The notes beneath the pieces were generated by a model. That model saw nothing but the letters and a program-made list of their open reading frames with translations. It searched no databases and was not told the origin of the DNA. Made by a program: the position numbers and the translations under genes. A stretch of 63,897 bases of DNA, counting the filler, from Rhizaria sp. SCN 62-66 (lineage: Eukaryota), in assembly GCA_001724265.1 (NCBI GenBank). It is 3 parts of 3 records of this genome, joined end to end, with 100 filler letters (N's around TTAATTAATTAA, not from the genome) between each part and the next. Parts side by side here need not be neighbours in the genome. Positions count along the whole stretch, not along the records: positions 23,042 to 45,912 come from MEDY01000434.1; 2 more parts are not named here. One strand, written 5' to 3'. This document shows, in pieces, positions 23,137-35,886 of the stretch; positions within the stretch are counted from its first letter, which is position 1; the number at the start of each line of letters is the position of its first letter.

Positions 23137-24636
23137 GCAGTCCAGTACAAAGCGATTATATCAATACACCAACGTTTGTATCAACTCTCCTGCTACTCGT
23201 TTCTCAGCCATCAAATCTCTCGTCACATGCAATAAGATTTGTCACGATGAGCTTCATATACGCTTCAATATAATTGTTTCACAGCTTTTGTGATTTATGA
23301 CAGATACTTTTGTTGTCAACAGTGATTATTTAGATAGATGCGCTGCGTTGCATGATGACGCAACTCAGCAATATCTTTACGTATAGCTCTTCAGTATTAC
23401 ATGCATTTTTGACCTGCAAAGGATATATATTATTTGATGCCACATCTCATAACATACTTCATTATTGCTTTTCCAGCATCTATTTGTGCTTCATAATCCA
23501 TTGTTAAAGCCAGATTTCGCGACCGTTACTGTGATGGATTTTGTGCGAACAGTGCCGTGAGACGAGCGAGAGCGCGACCGTGAGACTGAGACGGAACGGA
23601 CTCGTGTCCAAATCTACTCGTCGGACGGTAGCATCTTTGCATATTTCGCGCGTATTACGGCATCATGTGAGACTGGAGCAATGTATGCGCGCGATTGCGT
23701 AGCGAAGCACGGGGGTTAGTTGTTTTTTACTCTTCATGGCGGTAGTTTGAGCTGATACCATTGCTTTTTTAACGGTTGGTGGGAGACAATGTCCCTTTCT
23801 GCCAACGACTATCACCATCTGCGCTCTGTCACTGCCCTTCATCCCATTGCTTTAACAAACATCACGTACAGGCATTTGCGCTCTTAAACTACATGGCTGT
23901 TTTCTTTTTACGCCAAGAGACGACGTGCTTCCTTGTTTTCTCGATCATATCCTAACTCCCAGCTGGCCTGCCCTACCTTCACTTGCCCCCGTTTCCCTCG
24001 CTTTTCGCTTGCACTGCCATCGTCGCCAACCCCCACCCTCTCTCTTTCCGTCTTCCCACGCAGTCTCCCCTTTAACCAGACCCTGCAGCACTTGTGCTTT
24101 GCCAGTACGTTCCTCGCTTGCCTTTCTCAGACTTACAATGGCGCGCTTTCTGTTCCCTCGACTGACCGCCCTCAGGCTCTCTTTCACGCAGTGCATAGCA
24201 CCGTTTTCTAAACGTCAATCCCGATATGCGGCTTGGTTCCCAATACTCGCGCTTGTGTCATTTTTTCTCACACCCGTCTTTTGCCCCCACGTCCTACTTG
24301 TGCCTCGCCTCTAGCTTTCCCTCTCGTGTCACAACCAGAGCCACCCAGTGTCCAGCTTCTCTTCTCTCGCCCCGTGCTTCGCCGCCTCTGCTCAGAGCCC
24401 CGTCTCTCTGCACCCCCGCCCGCGCCCGCGTCTCTCCACCCCTGCCGCCCTCCCCCCGCGCACCTCCTCAGCGCAGGGCACGAGAGGCTCCCTCCCCCAC
24501 CTTCACGCAACGCCCACCGCAAAGCACGCCGCTTCGTCCTAGTCTTCTAGCCGAGCCTTTGTCGAGCTGAGTTCGCGTGACTGACTGACAAAGCGCAGAG
24601 AACCAGCGTCGCCTCACTTCCCCTCCGTCGCCCGCA

Positions 24637-24852
24637 ATGTCTGCTCCGACCTACACCGCGGCCCCCGTCCCGGCCCCCGGCGCGCTCTCCGGCTCGGCCG
24701 GCTCCGGCTCTGTCTCGGGCTCGATGTCCAGCAGCATGGGCAGCCCTGGCATGCCCCCGCCGCAGCGCACCTCAAACCTCCCTATCTCGCAGCAGCAGCA
24801 TGATCAGCAAGCCACATACCAGCAGCAACAGCAGCAGCACTATTACCACCAC

Positions 24853-24884
<32 letters not shown>

Positions 24885-26291
24885 CTCGGTAGGCAGCGTC
24901 AACGGCGCGGCGATGCCCCAGTCCAACCAGTCCACGGTGCCGCCCGCTCTGGGCTCGCCCGCCGACGCCTCCGTCTCCGGCTACAACACGGCCAACAACA
25001 ACAACAACCATCTGCAGCAGCAGCAGCAGTACTATAGCGGTTTCGCGCCCCCCTCGTCCTCCCCGGCTATCCCCGTCTCTGCCCACGGTCACAGCGGCGG
25101 CCACAGCGGCGGCGGCGGCATCTCCGGCGTGACCCTCAACGCCTCGGCACCGGGCGTGTTCGGCAGCGGCGCGCTGGGCCACTCACACGCGCTGGTGCCG
25201 CCCAGCCCGGTCTTCGACGAGGCCACGCCCGTCGACATGACCCACGAGGAGCACCGCGCCTACCTGGAGGACGCACGCAAGACCGCCGCCGCCGCCGCCG
25301 CGCAGCACTACCAGCAACAGCTCCAGCAGCAGCAGCAGCAGCAGGCGCAGGCGCAGCAGCAGCGCGCTCTGCAACAGCAGCAGCAGCAGCAACAAGGGCA
25401 GTCGCTGCCTCAGCAGCAGCAGCGCATGGGCGGGTTCTCCCCTGTGCCGCTGTCCGGCTTACCGCCTCTGGCCCCCGGGCCCGCCTCGGCCGCCGCCAAC
25501 CAGGCCGCGCACGCCGCCGCCGCCGCTGCCGCCGCCGCTGTGGCCGCCGGGAGCAGCCCCAGCTCCACGAGCAACAACTACAGTAACAACGGCGTCAACG
25601 GTGCCTCAGGTGGCGTCGCGTGTTCCCCGGGCACGGCGTCCCCGTCCTTCACGGGCAACCCGATCGGCGCGGCGCTGGTGCAGTGCGCGTCGCCCTCGCT
25701 GCCCGCCGCCGCGCGGTCCGTGCTCAAGGACGTGCAGGCTCTCGTGGCGGGCTACGCGCTGGGCCCGGTGCTTGGCATCGGCACCTACGGCGAGGTGCGC
25801 GCGGGCATTTCGATCAAGACGGGCGAGCAGGTCGCCGTGAAGCTCGTGGACCTGTCGCGCTTCCGCTCCGAGACGGCGGCGCTGATGCTGCGCGAGATCA
25901 CCATCCTGCAGCGGCTAGACCATAAGCACTGCATCAAGGTCGTTGACGTGTTGCACGACGTCCCCGTCGAGGGCACCTTCTGCTCTAAGTGCGCTTGCAC
26001 GTGCTACAAACCCCCGCTGACGGGCGGCATCACCTCCGCGGGCTCCGCCGCCGCCGCGCAGGCCGCCGCGCAGGCCGCCGCCACGGGCGCCCCAGCCCCC
26101 GCGATCTGCCTCCACTGCAGCCACGAAGTCGCCTCGCACCACGCCACGCCCGTCACGCGGCCGCTGCTGGTGATCATCCAGGAGATCGCGGCGGGCGGTG
26201 AGCTCTTTGCGATGCTGATGCAGTGCGGCGCGCTGCCGGAGCCCGTGGCGCGGGTGTACTTCACGCAGCTGCTGGACGCGATCGAGCACTG

Positions 26292-26325
<34 letters not shown>

Positions 26326-29300
26326 CCAGAGAACCTGGTCTTCGACTCGAACTTCTCGCTTAAGGTCGTCGACTTCGGGCTCGCGGCCTGCGTCGCGGAC
26401 CGCCCCGCGGGATCGATTGAGCGCGAGCTGGCCGTGCTGCACTCGGGCGTCGGGTCCAAGCCCTACTCGGCACCCGAGGTCTCGTACACGCGCGAGATGT
26501 ACAACGCCTCGGGCTACAAGGGCTATCCGGCGGACCTGTGGTCCTGCGCCGTCGTGCTCTTCGTCATGCTCGCGGGCCGCCCGCCCTTCTACAAGCCGCT
26601 GCTCAAGACCTTCAACCCCAACATGGTCAAATGCAAGCACTTTGCGCGCATCCTTAAGGGACAGGTACGCTCGAAACAAAATACCTTAAGTTTTGGTAAG
26701 CTGTTATCTGTTTAATTTATGTGTCTTTGAACATATCTAACTTGTTGTTCCTCTTCTTCTGAATCGCTTTGATCTTTTGCTTGTTCCATCACCACAGGGC
26801 TACGAGGGCGTGACTCCGGTCGCGAAGGATCTGATCGCGAGCATCTTCAAGCTGAACCCCGACGAGCGCCTGACGATCCCGCAGATCCGCGCGCACCCGT
26901 GGCTGTGCGGGCCTGAGGCGCTGGCGCAGCAACAGGCGCTCACGCCCATGGCTCTGCTGCAGTGGATGGAGACCCGCGTGCGCGCGACTTGGGCCTCGAT
27001 GCGACGGCCGGACATGGGCCGCGTGCTGGACCAGGCCCGCCTGCTCGACAGCACTCGCGGGACGCCTGAGGGCGTGTCGCTGTGCCGCGGGCTCGCGCTG
27101 GCGGCGCGCGGCGTCGTCTACACGGCCATCGCCGAGACGGACATGACCGAGCTGTCCCTGGACCAGTCCAACGCCAGCGTCGCCGCCACAACTACCCCCG
27201 GCGCCGCCCCTGCCGCCGCCGCCGCCGCCGCGGGTGCTGCCCCCGCTGTCCTCACCGCGGCCCCCAGCACTGCGACTGCCCAGACCTCGGCTGCGGCCGC
27301 GACGGCGGCGGTCAAGCCGCCCGTGCCGGCCCCGGCCCAGCCCCAGGCCCAGTCCGGCGCCGGCGTGGGCGTCACTGTGCAGGCCCCGGTGCAGCCCGCG
27401 AAGCCTGCCATGTCGTGGCCGGCCATCGCGGCCGACTCGCCCACGGTCACCGGCAGCATCGGTCCCTCGGGCCGTTACCTGCCCATGCTGCCGCCCTCAG
27501 CCATGCCACCCTCCGCCGCCGCCGCCGCGGTCGGTAACCCCGCCGGCATTTCCGCGTTCGTCTCATCCGGGACGGGCCCCAGTGCGGGCCCCAGTGCGGG
27601 CGCGGGCGCGGGCGCGGGCGCGGGCTCCCTGCCGCCGCCCTCGGCTTCGACTGGCGCCGGCGTCGGCGCTTTCGCTCAAGCCCAGGCCCAAGCCCAAGCC
27701 CAGGCGCAGGCGCAGGCTCAGGCCCACGCTGCTTCTCAGCAGCAGCAGGGCTCTCGCTCGCTGTACACTCAGCAGCAACAGCAGGGCCAGCAGCAGCAGC
27801 AGCAGCAGCAGGGCCAGAGCGTCTTCGGCTCCGGCGGCTTCTCGGCTCATAGTAACGCCCCGGGGGCGGGCGCAGTCCGCCCCAGCGTGTTCCTCGGTCC
27901 CCCCGGCGGCGTGCTGATCCCCCCCATGTCGCTCTCTTCCACGCAACCCCGCTCCAACGCCCCTGCCGGCGCTGGCGCGGGCGCGGGCGCGGGCGCAGGC
28001 GCAGGCTCCGGAGGCGTCCCGGCCTCTCCGCTCCAGACCCGCTCCTCGGCCTCTGTCTCCGCCACTGGCGCCGGCTCTGGCTCTGCGGGGCCGCAGCAGT
28101 CGCCCCGCTCCCACCACCAGCAGCAGCAGCAGCAGCAGCAGGGCCAGCAGGCGATGGTCGACACGAGCGTGAGCAACAACAACAGCGCGGTCGGCGTGCT
28201 GCCGCCTCTGAACAACCGCCAGTCGCTGCCGCCGTCCTACTCGTTGTCTTTCTCCATGGCTACCCAGGGCCACCAGCTTGCGCCCGCCCCCGCTCAGGCC
28301 TCCGGCTCCGGCGCCGGCGCGATGGGCATGGGCATGGGCATGGGCGGCATGGGCGGTATGGCGATGGGGTCGAGCACGGCGGCCCCCGCGGCGCCGCTGT
28401 CGATGCCGCCCGCGCCGCTCTCGGCCTCGTCGTCGCCGCGCAACCGTGGCAACAGCGTCACCGGTGGCGGCGCCAGCGGTGAGGGTTCGATCCTCGCGCT
28501 GGGCGCGAAGCTGAGCATGCCGGGCAACATCGACCGCGATCACTCTGTCCCCGACGCGATGCTGGTCTCGGCCGGCGACGGCGACGCGGCGGCGCTGCAC
28601 TCGGCCACGGTGTCCCCGACGGGCGTGCTGCGCTCGCTCGACGCGCGCGCGGGGTCCGGCGCCGCGTCCCGCTCCGCCTCGGGTCATTACCTCCACCAGC
28701 AGCAGCAGCAACAACAATACCAGGGCCAGCAGCAGCAGCAGGGGCAGCAGCAGGGCATGGGCCAGGCGCAGTATGGCCACCAAGGCCGCGCCATGACCAC
28801 CGCGTCGCCCACGGCCACCCCGCGCGGCCTGACCTCCGCCGGCAGCGGCGGGCTCGGCGTGACGTCGCCCAACCCAGGCAACGTCTTCGCGCCTCCGCTG
28901 CCGCTGCCGCTGCCGCTGCCGCTGCCCATGCCCTCCAACTCCGGCTCCGGGTCCGGCGGCTCCATCTCCGTCAACCACAACAACAACAACAACAGCGGCA
29001 GCAACGGCTTGGCGCCGGCCTCGCTGTCGGGCTCGGGCAGTCTCAGCATCGGCAGCGGCAGCGGCAGCGTCAACGGCAGTGCACCGATGCTCATCCCGCC
29101 CCCCCGGACCGCCGCTGGCGGCAGCGCCTTCGCCCAGCAGGCCCAGCAGCAGCACACTCCGCACCACCACGGGCATCCGCAGCAGCACCCGCAGCAGCAG
29201 CGCGCGCTGGCTGCGACACCGCTGCAGACGCCCATGGTCGGCCCCTCGTCACCGGGTTGGGGGCCCCACACCTCGGGCTTCTCGCCCATGCCGTCGCCCG

Positions 29301-29545
29301 CCGTGTTCCCGCGTGCCGCCCACCTCCCGCCGCCAGTCATGGGGCTCAGCAACCAGCTCTTCAGTCTGGGCGGCGTCGGCAGTGTCGGCGCCAACGGCGG
29401 GGTGAGCCCGGGGATGCAGCTGCAGGGGGCGGCCAACGGCCACGGCCACGCGCAGGGACAGGGCCAGCAGATGTCCGGGTTGGGCTTCAGCCTTGGCGCA
29501 GCGCAGTACCAGCAGCAACAGCAACAGCAGCAGCAGTTCTTGCAG

Positions 29546-29577
<32 letters not shown>

Positions 29578-29608
29578 GCAGCAGAGGCAGATGAATGACG
29601 AGCGGTAA
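24637..29608 (+). CDS. Ser/Thr kinase of the CAMK group (SNF1/CIPK-like) with long Gln-rich disordered flanks; exons 24637-26664, 26798-29608; about 1612 aa
   Basis: Motifs LGIGTYGEV, VAVK, GGELF, HRDIKPEN, DFG, YSAPE, DLWSCAVVLFVMLAG and ERLTIPQIRAHPW. Phase-0 GTACGC...CAG intron; TAA stop. Confidence 0.92.
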
Positions 29609-30817
29609 ACGCGTCACTGCGTTAGGACCTGGTTCTTAAACTAAAGCGAAAGCTAACTAGCTTGCTCTGCGCTCGTTCGTCTCATACAGTCAGGACGCCA
29701 AGCACGAAAACTTCTTTTTGCAGTCAACCTAGTCGTTTGCTATCAGTTGGCTGTAGTATAATTGGTTTCGTGTGATGCTGTCTCTCTGCTTTACAATGCT
29801 TCGATTTGCGTTCGCTTTGTTATCATCTCAATTCATTAACGCTTTTTTTTAAAAGCTTCGCCCCAAATTGTCAAAACAACACTTTTGTGATTGGTTGGTT
29901 TGCAGTCTTTGGATCTATAGCTCATATCTTATCACTTTGTAATCTTTGTTCAGTTGTGTTTGTTAGCCTCGTATCTGTCTGTTTTTTTTTGCTGTCATTG
30001 GTATCGTCGTTGTATTTTTCCTTTTAGCAATATCTACTTCGTCGCAACTGTTCCTGTTTTCACTTCTCTGTCTCCTCCTTTGTTGAGTGCCGCACTCCTG
30101 GTCACTGTTTGGCGACCGTGTGCCCCGCTTGTAAGTACGTGGCTGTTGTCGTTACTGTCGCTGTTGCAGAATGCTGTGAGTCTGCCACGCTTGTGCTTAA
30201 CACCAGCCAGCTTTTCTCTTAGTCCCCCTATCTCTCTCTGTTGTTACAACGTTGTCCTTGCCGTTGTATGTTGCTAAGCGTGCTATCGATTGTTTCATAT
30301 ATGTTTTTTTCGTTTTTCGTTTATTATCTTTTCTTAACGTGTCTTGTTATTGTTCGTCTGCTTTTGATGTGTCTTATAGTTATAGCTTCGTTTATCTGTG
30401 TCTATACATGTTAATCGTTTGTAGTCCGCACTGTCTTTTTAACATACACCACCCTTTACATTACGCGTGCATTACGAACAACTAGTCATTCGTCAGGGTA
30501 CATTTGTACATCGAGTAGATATAACAGAACATGTTTATGATCACAGTCTTGCATCATACCAAACAAGGTGTCAGAGACTTCGAGCAGGCCCGAAGTAAGT
30601 AAGGGGTGATATGCGACGACAACGGGGCACATCCGCACGGAGTAGCGAGACAGTTGCTACAGCCAGTCCGTGACGGCGATGAAGCCACGCGTCATTCAGA
30701 GTGAAAAGGACAAGTGATCAGATAAAGTAACATAGAACAACACACTATTACAAATATGATAACTGGCAGCTACCATTCTTAAACTGACTAATTTGCGCAG
30801 GACAGTACAACTGACAC

Positions 30818-33246
30818 TCAGAAGCACTCTGCGCGGATGCCCATGATGTGCGTATCGAGCTCCATCCCGACCTCCTCTGGCAGCGCGTCCTTAAGCACCT
30901 GCTCATGCGCGCGCACAAAGCGCACCAGCGGGGATGCCGCGCGCCGCAGCTCCTTGCAGCGCATGCCAAAGGCGACGTGGCCGCCCAGGTCCGCGGCCCG
31001 CTGCGCCGCCGTGGCCGCGGGTGCGAGCGCGGCCTTGTGCGCGGCGCGCAGGCGGCCGAACTCGACGCGGTACCGCGTCAGCGCGCCGAAGAGCGCGTCG
31101 AGCGCGCCGAAGTAGCTCTCGTCGGGGAACCCGTCGGCGCCCAGGGGAAGCGCCTCACGCGGGGGCAGCGCGCCGCCGGCGGGGTCCACCGCAGCGGCAC
31201 CAGTCACCGGCTGCAAGGGGAAGGAGAGCGCGGGCTGCAGCGCGTCCCGGCGGGACAGCCAAAGGTTCGCCAGGCGGGTGACAGAGGTCACGCGGCGCTG
31301 GGCAGCCTGGACGGCGGCGTCGTCGTTCGCAGCGTTGTTGCCGTTGCTATTGCCGTTGTTGTTGCCGTTGCTGTTGGCGGGGGACATGGTGGCTTTGTGA
31401 AGCTTCAGGGCGATCGACGCGCGGTGCGAAAGCATCTCGTTGCGGGGGCCGTCCTCGCCGCAGGAGACGCGGTCGATGAGCTGCAGGGTCTCGCGCAGCG
31501 TCTCCGCGGCCACGAGACTCCGGGCGCCGGCCTGGAGAAAACAACAAACAAGAGGATATAAAGCAGTAGTATGAGAATACAAAGCCAAGAAAATGACATA
31601 GACAATTGACAATGTAATAAAATCTATAATGCAAAATACCATCGCGATTTGAGCAAACTTAGAGAGATATACATTCAGAAGTCTACTTTTGCGCTCAAGT
31701 GCACACTGCAACGTGCAGCTCGTCTAGTAACAAAAGAGAATATTGTCATGTTTTGTTTTGAGACGGTAGCAGGTACGTACCACGACGCGCGCGAGCTCGA
31801 GCGGCGCGACGCATGTGTAGAGCGAGTGCCATTGGAACATGGACCGGAGCGGCATGCGCAGCCGCGCGGCCTTGAGCGCGTAGGGAATCGCCTCGTCGTT
31901 GAGCGAAAAGAGCCGGCGCAACTGCGCAGCGTGGAACCAAGCGTCGGCGCGGTCGGGGTCCAGCGCGGCGGCGCGCTCGTACCACTCGGCCGCGGGTTCA
32001 TACTTCTTGTACAGCCGCTCGTAGATCTCGCCCAGCTTGAGCAGCGTGAAGAAGTGTTCCTCCATGTTGCCGTCCTTGGTCCCGATGTCGGCGCGCCGCG
32101 TGAAGAAGCCCACGCTCTTCTCCAGCGCGGCCCAGTCAGCAGCCGTGGCCGCCGAGAGCTTCTCGCCGTGATTTGTGGCGTGGAGGAAGATCTCGTAGTG
32201 TGCGTAGCCCAAATAGTAGAGCGTGCGCGTGTCGTCGGGCAGCTCGGCCAGGTCCGCCTGCAGGAAGCCGATATAGCGCTCCGTCTTGCCAGGCGTGCGG
32301 TCCTGGTAGCCGCCAGTCTGCTCGGTCAAGTGCAGGTCCGTGAGCGTCTGGAAGACCTCCTGGTCGCGCAGCGGCGGCGCCTCGAGGATCTGGTGCGTGC
32401 GGCGCGTGACGTGCGCTCCGGGCAGGTTGCGGTAGATCCAGTCCATCTTGCGCTCGTTGGTGCGGCCGTCGGACCAAATGGTGAACATGTGCTTGGAGCA
32501 CCGCGTGTCAAGCTGCATCTTGTCGAACTGGGTGGGGTCGATCGGGGAGAAGTCGGCGTCCGAGATGAGCCCGTGTGTGCACTGGGGGAACTCTTTGACG
32601 CCAACCTGGACCAGCTCCGTCCACGTGGGACCCATGCCGTCGAACTTGACGGTCACCACGCGGCCCGGGATGTGGCCCAGGTGTTTGTGGATGATCTCCA
32701 CGGAGTCGTCGGTGTTGGCATCGTCGACGCCGATGACCCAGCAGTCGATGAGCTTGGCCCACTCGGGCAGCGTGCGCGAGAGGTGCTCGCGCTCGTTCTT
32801 GATCAGCATGTTCAACAGCAGCGTGCCGGGGGCGCTGCGCAGAGAGAAGTGTCGGGGCAAGAAGAGGGACACATGTGAGAAGTTTGCACAAGTGCAGAAT
32901 AAAACAGATATGTTCGGGTGATATACGACACGTGCGTCACTCATTTCTTCAATGAGTGCATGTAGCAAGCATAACATTGCTTTTACTGTTTGCGAACGTA
33001 CCGAGGTCCGGGCAGGTTGGCCGAGGGTGGCTCATAACCGGGAGGGTAGAACTTCGAGAAGTCGATGTTCCTGTTCTTGCTGTGCGCCACCGCGCCGTAG
33101 GGCAGCGCGCTGTCGCCGTCCGTCTCAGAGGCAACAGCAGCGGCAGCGGTGGTCGAGAGAGTGAGTGTGGCGAGGACGGAGAGGAGGAGGACAGCGGTCG
33201 CGAGCGCGAGCCGGGCCCGGGAGAGGCTGCGGCGGGAGCTCATCAT
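30818..33246 (-). CDS. GT-A fold glycosyltransferase (GT2-like) with TPR repeats and an N-terminal signal/anchor; exons 33246-33002, 32834-31781, 31531-30818; 670 aa
   Basis: Hydrophobic leader, then LNMLIKNE..L...VDDANTDDS and a DxD motif (ISDADF). TPR-like segments include RTLYYLGYAHY, LKLGEIYERL and AAALDPDRADAWF. Two in-phase GTACGT...CAG introns; TGA stop. Confidence 0.85.
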
Positions 33247-33768
33247 CACAGCACACGCGCAACAATGTTTTGGTGTGCGGAAACAGGCCTGAAGTGGTCG
33301 CGACAAGTTGGGGAGATAGGTGGACGGACGTGCAGATATTGGGAGTGAGCTGAAGGGGAATTTCAAGAAGAAGCTGCACAAGGGGGCATAAAGCACGTTT
33401 AATCAAATCGTGTAAAGATGCCACAAATAGTGAAGATTTTCTTAGGCGTTAAATACCTGGGGAAAGCTATACTAGTGATACTAGCGGAAGGGATTATGAT
33501 GATTTCATGAAGATAAAGTTGCATCATCAGCGTCTTGTTCTAAACTGCCACGGTCTCTCGATCACGATCAATTGAAACGGCTATGAGAGTAAACCCAAGC
33601 GTTTCATATTGTAACTTCCGTCAGTGCAGATAGAACTCTAATATGATATTTATCATATAATATTTCACACTTTTTTATTTGCACACTTGTTAACACTTTC
33701 TATATAGCCTAAAAACCTTCCTAAGTCATCTGCCAACTTGTCTGGGAGTGAGTGATAGTCTTGCAAGA

Positions 33769-35261
33769 ATGTCAAGTCTTCGCGGCGCCGCCTCGGCCGC
33801 GTCCCGTCTCAAGGACGCATGGGCCGAGGTGCACGCTAAGACCCGCGCGGAGGTCGCGCGCTTGGGCGGCACGCTTGACGCCGCGTCTTGCCGCAACCCC
33901 GTCACAGAGTGGATCGACACACAAGGTTCGTTTACTCCAACCTCTTGATCAATCTATCACTCCAACTCACATATCTCGCCAAACCTACGATAATTCATGG
34001 CGAAACCAAACCACAAGTTTACTGACGTATGTGCCTACGTGTATTTATTGCTCTTTTCCCAACAACTACTCCTCGCGCAGAGATGATGAAGCTGCCCGAG
34101 CCGCCGTCGCACGTCTGCATCGCGTCCCCCGTTGACCCGCTCTGGCTCCGCGCCCTCATCGCCGCCCTGGCCGGCGTGCCGCTGCTCTGTTCGGCACTGC
34201 GCGGTGTGCTTATCCAACACGCCGACCTGGGCGACCGCGGCGCGCAGCTGCTGGCCGAGCAGCTCCCGCGCCTCTCGGCCGTGACCTCGCTCGAACTGGT
34301 CGACTGCATGGTCGGCCCCGCAGGCGCGGCGCACCTGGCCACCCTGATGCTGCCCCACGCCTCGGGCTTCCGCCTCCGCGCGCTGCGCCTTGACCACAAC
34401 CCGCTCGGCGACGCGGGCTGCGCCGCGCTGGCCAAAGGGCTTGCGCGCGCCGCGACCATCACGCGCCTGGGACTTGCGCACTGCGACGTCGGCCCCGCGG
34501 GCGCGCGCGCGCTCGCCGCCGCGCTCACCGTTCCCATCCCCGCCGAGCCCGTCAAGAAGAAGGCCAAGAAGCGCGCCGGCGCCGGCGCCGCGGCCGGCAA
34601 GAAGGCCCCGCTGCGCCCCGGCACTACGAGCGCGGGCGACTCGGCCGCGGCGGCTGCGGCGGCGTCCGCGTCCTCGGCCGCCGCGGCCGCGCTCGCGCTG
34701 CCTAAGCACGAGGCCGAGGCCGCCGCGGCCGCGGCCGCCGAAGCCGCCGCCGCCGCGGCTGCCGCGCGCGCCGCCGCCAAAGCGCTGGAGCGGCCCGCGT
34801 TGGCCCCGCCGATGTTCCTCGACCTCGAAGGCAACCCGCTGGGCCGGGAAGGCGCCGGCGCGGTGCTTTATGCGGCCGGGGACGCCGCCGCGCAGCGCGT
34901 GAGCGGCATCAACGTTTCTGCGACGTCCCTGGCCTCGGGCGGCCAGTCGGAGCAGGACCTGACAGCCGTAGTGGCGTTGATTCACGCGCTGCGACTGTCG
35001 CCCACGCTTAGCGACGTGCGGCTGGGGGGCAACGCCGTGGGCGACGCCGGGCTCAAGCTGCTGTGCGACAACGTGCTCGAACTCACGCACGTTGTCGCCA
35101 TTGACGTGGACGCCAAGGGCGCCCATGGGCCCGCACTCGCGGCGCGGCTCGCGGGATGGGCCGCCAGGAACGCCGCCGCCGCGGCCAAGAAGAAGAAAAA
35201 GGGGAAGAAAGTTGTCTCCAAGGGCGCGGCGGGCGGTGGCAATAGAGTCAGCGCGCGCTGA
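33769..35261 (+). CDS. RNI-like leucine-rich repeat protein with a basic C-terminus; exons 33769-33925, 34081-35261; 445 aa
   Basis: Repeats LRALRLDHNPLGDAGCAALA, LGLAHCDVGPAGARALA, LDLEGNPLGREG and VRLGGNAVGDAG. GTTCGT...CAG intron in phase; KKKKKGKK tail; TGA stop. Confidence 0.85.
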
Positions 35262-35886
35262 GTGAGAGTGCAACTATGCGGCAACTGGAGAGTGTGATAG
35301 CTCAACGAAGCAACTGTAGAGTTTGACTCAAGAGACAGTGAATCGGTCGAGTCCAAGTCAGAGTTCTGAGTTTGACTGACGAAAAACCGTGTTGCAGAGG
35401 CCATCAGTCGTTGTTTAAATATGGCCAAGCTCTATACAATAGATAATGCACTTGATTCTCAATCTTTAAGGCCGTTTGATAATGTCCAGTCAGGCAGCTT
35501 GCCAACAGCCGTAATGAGTTAGCGAGATTGCGATGTTTTGAATTAGGTGTCTTTGTATGACGGAATACATTATTGTTTTGATATACTAAAGATATAATAT
35601 AATACTATAACTAAATTGATACGATCTGCTACAAACTATTGACATACAACTATTCCTGCACGCGCCTAGCACTGAACGAGTCAACCCGTGACCAATCGCA
35701 AAAGAGTTAATTCTCTTGCTCTTGCTATTGAGGCTCCCATGTGAAGTGTTTGGCTTTAAATAATACCCACTCGAATAATGTTGTTGCTTTTGTTGATGTT
35801 TTGCTTTTTAAAAACCCACGACTTCGTTGTTGTGTAAAACAGAGCAACTTATAGATTAACTTTGCGGTTTGCTTTGACGAGTAAGC

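Noticed and set aside
23925-24570. Short ORFs upstream of the kinase
   Set aside because: Pyrimidine-rich leader sequence without coding bias; more likely 5' UTR or promoter.
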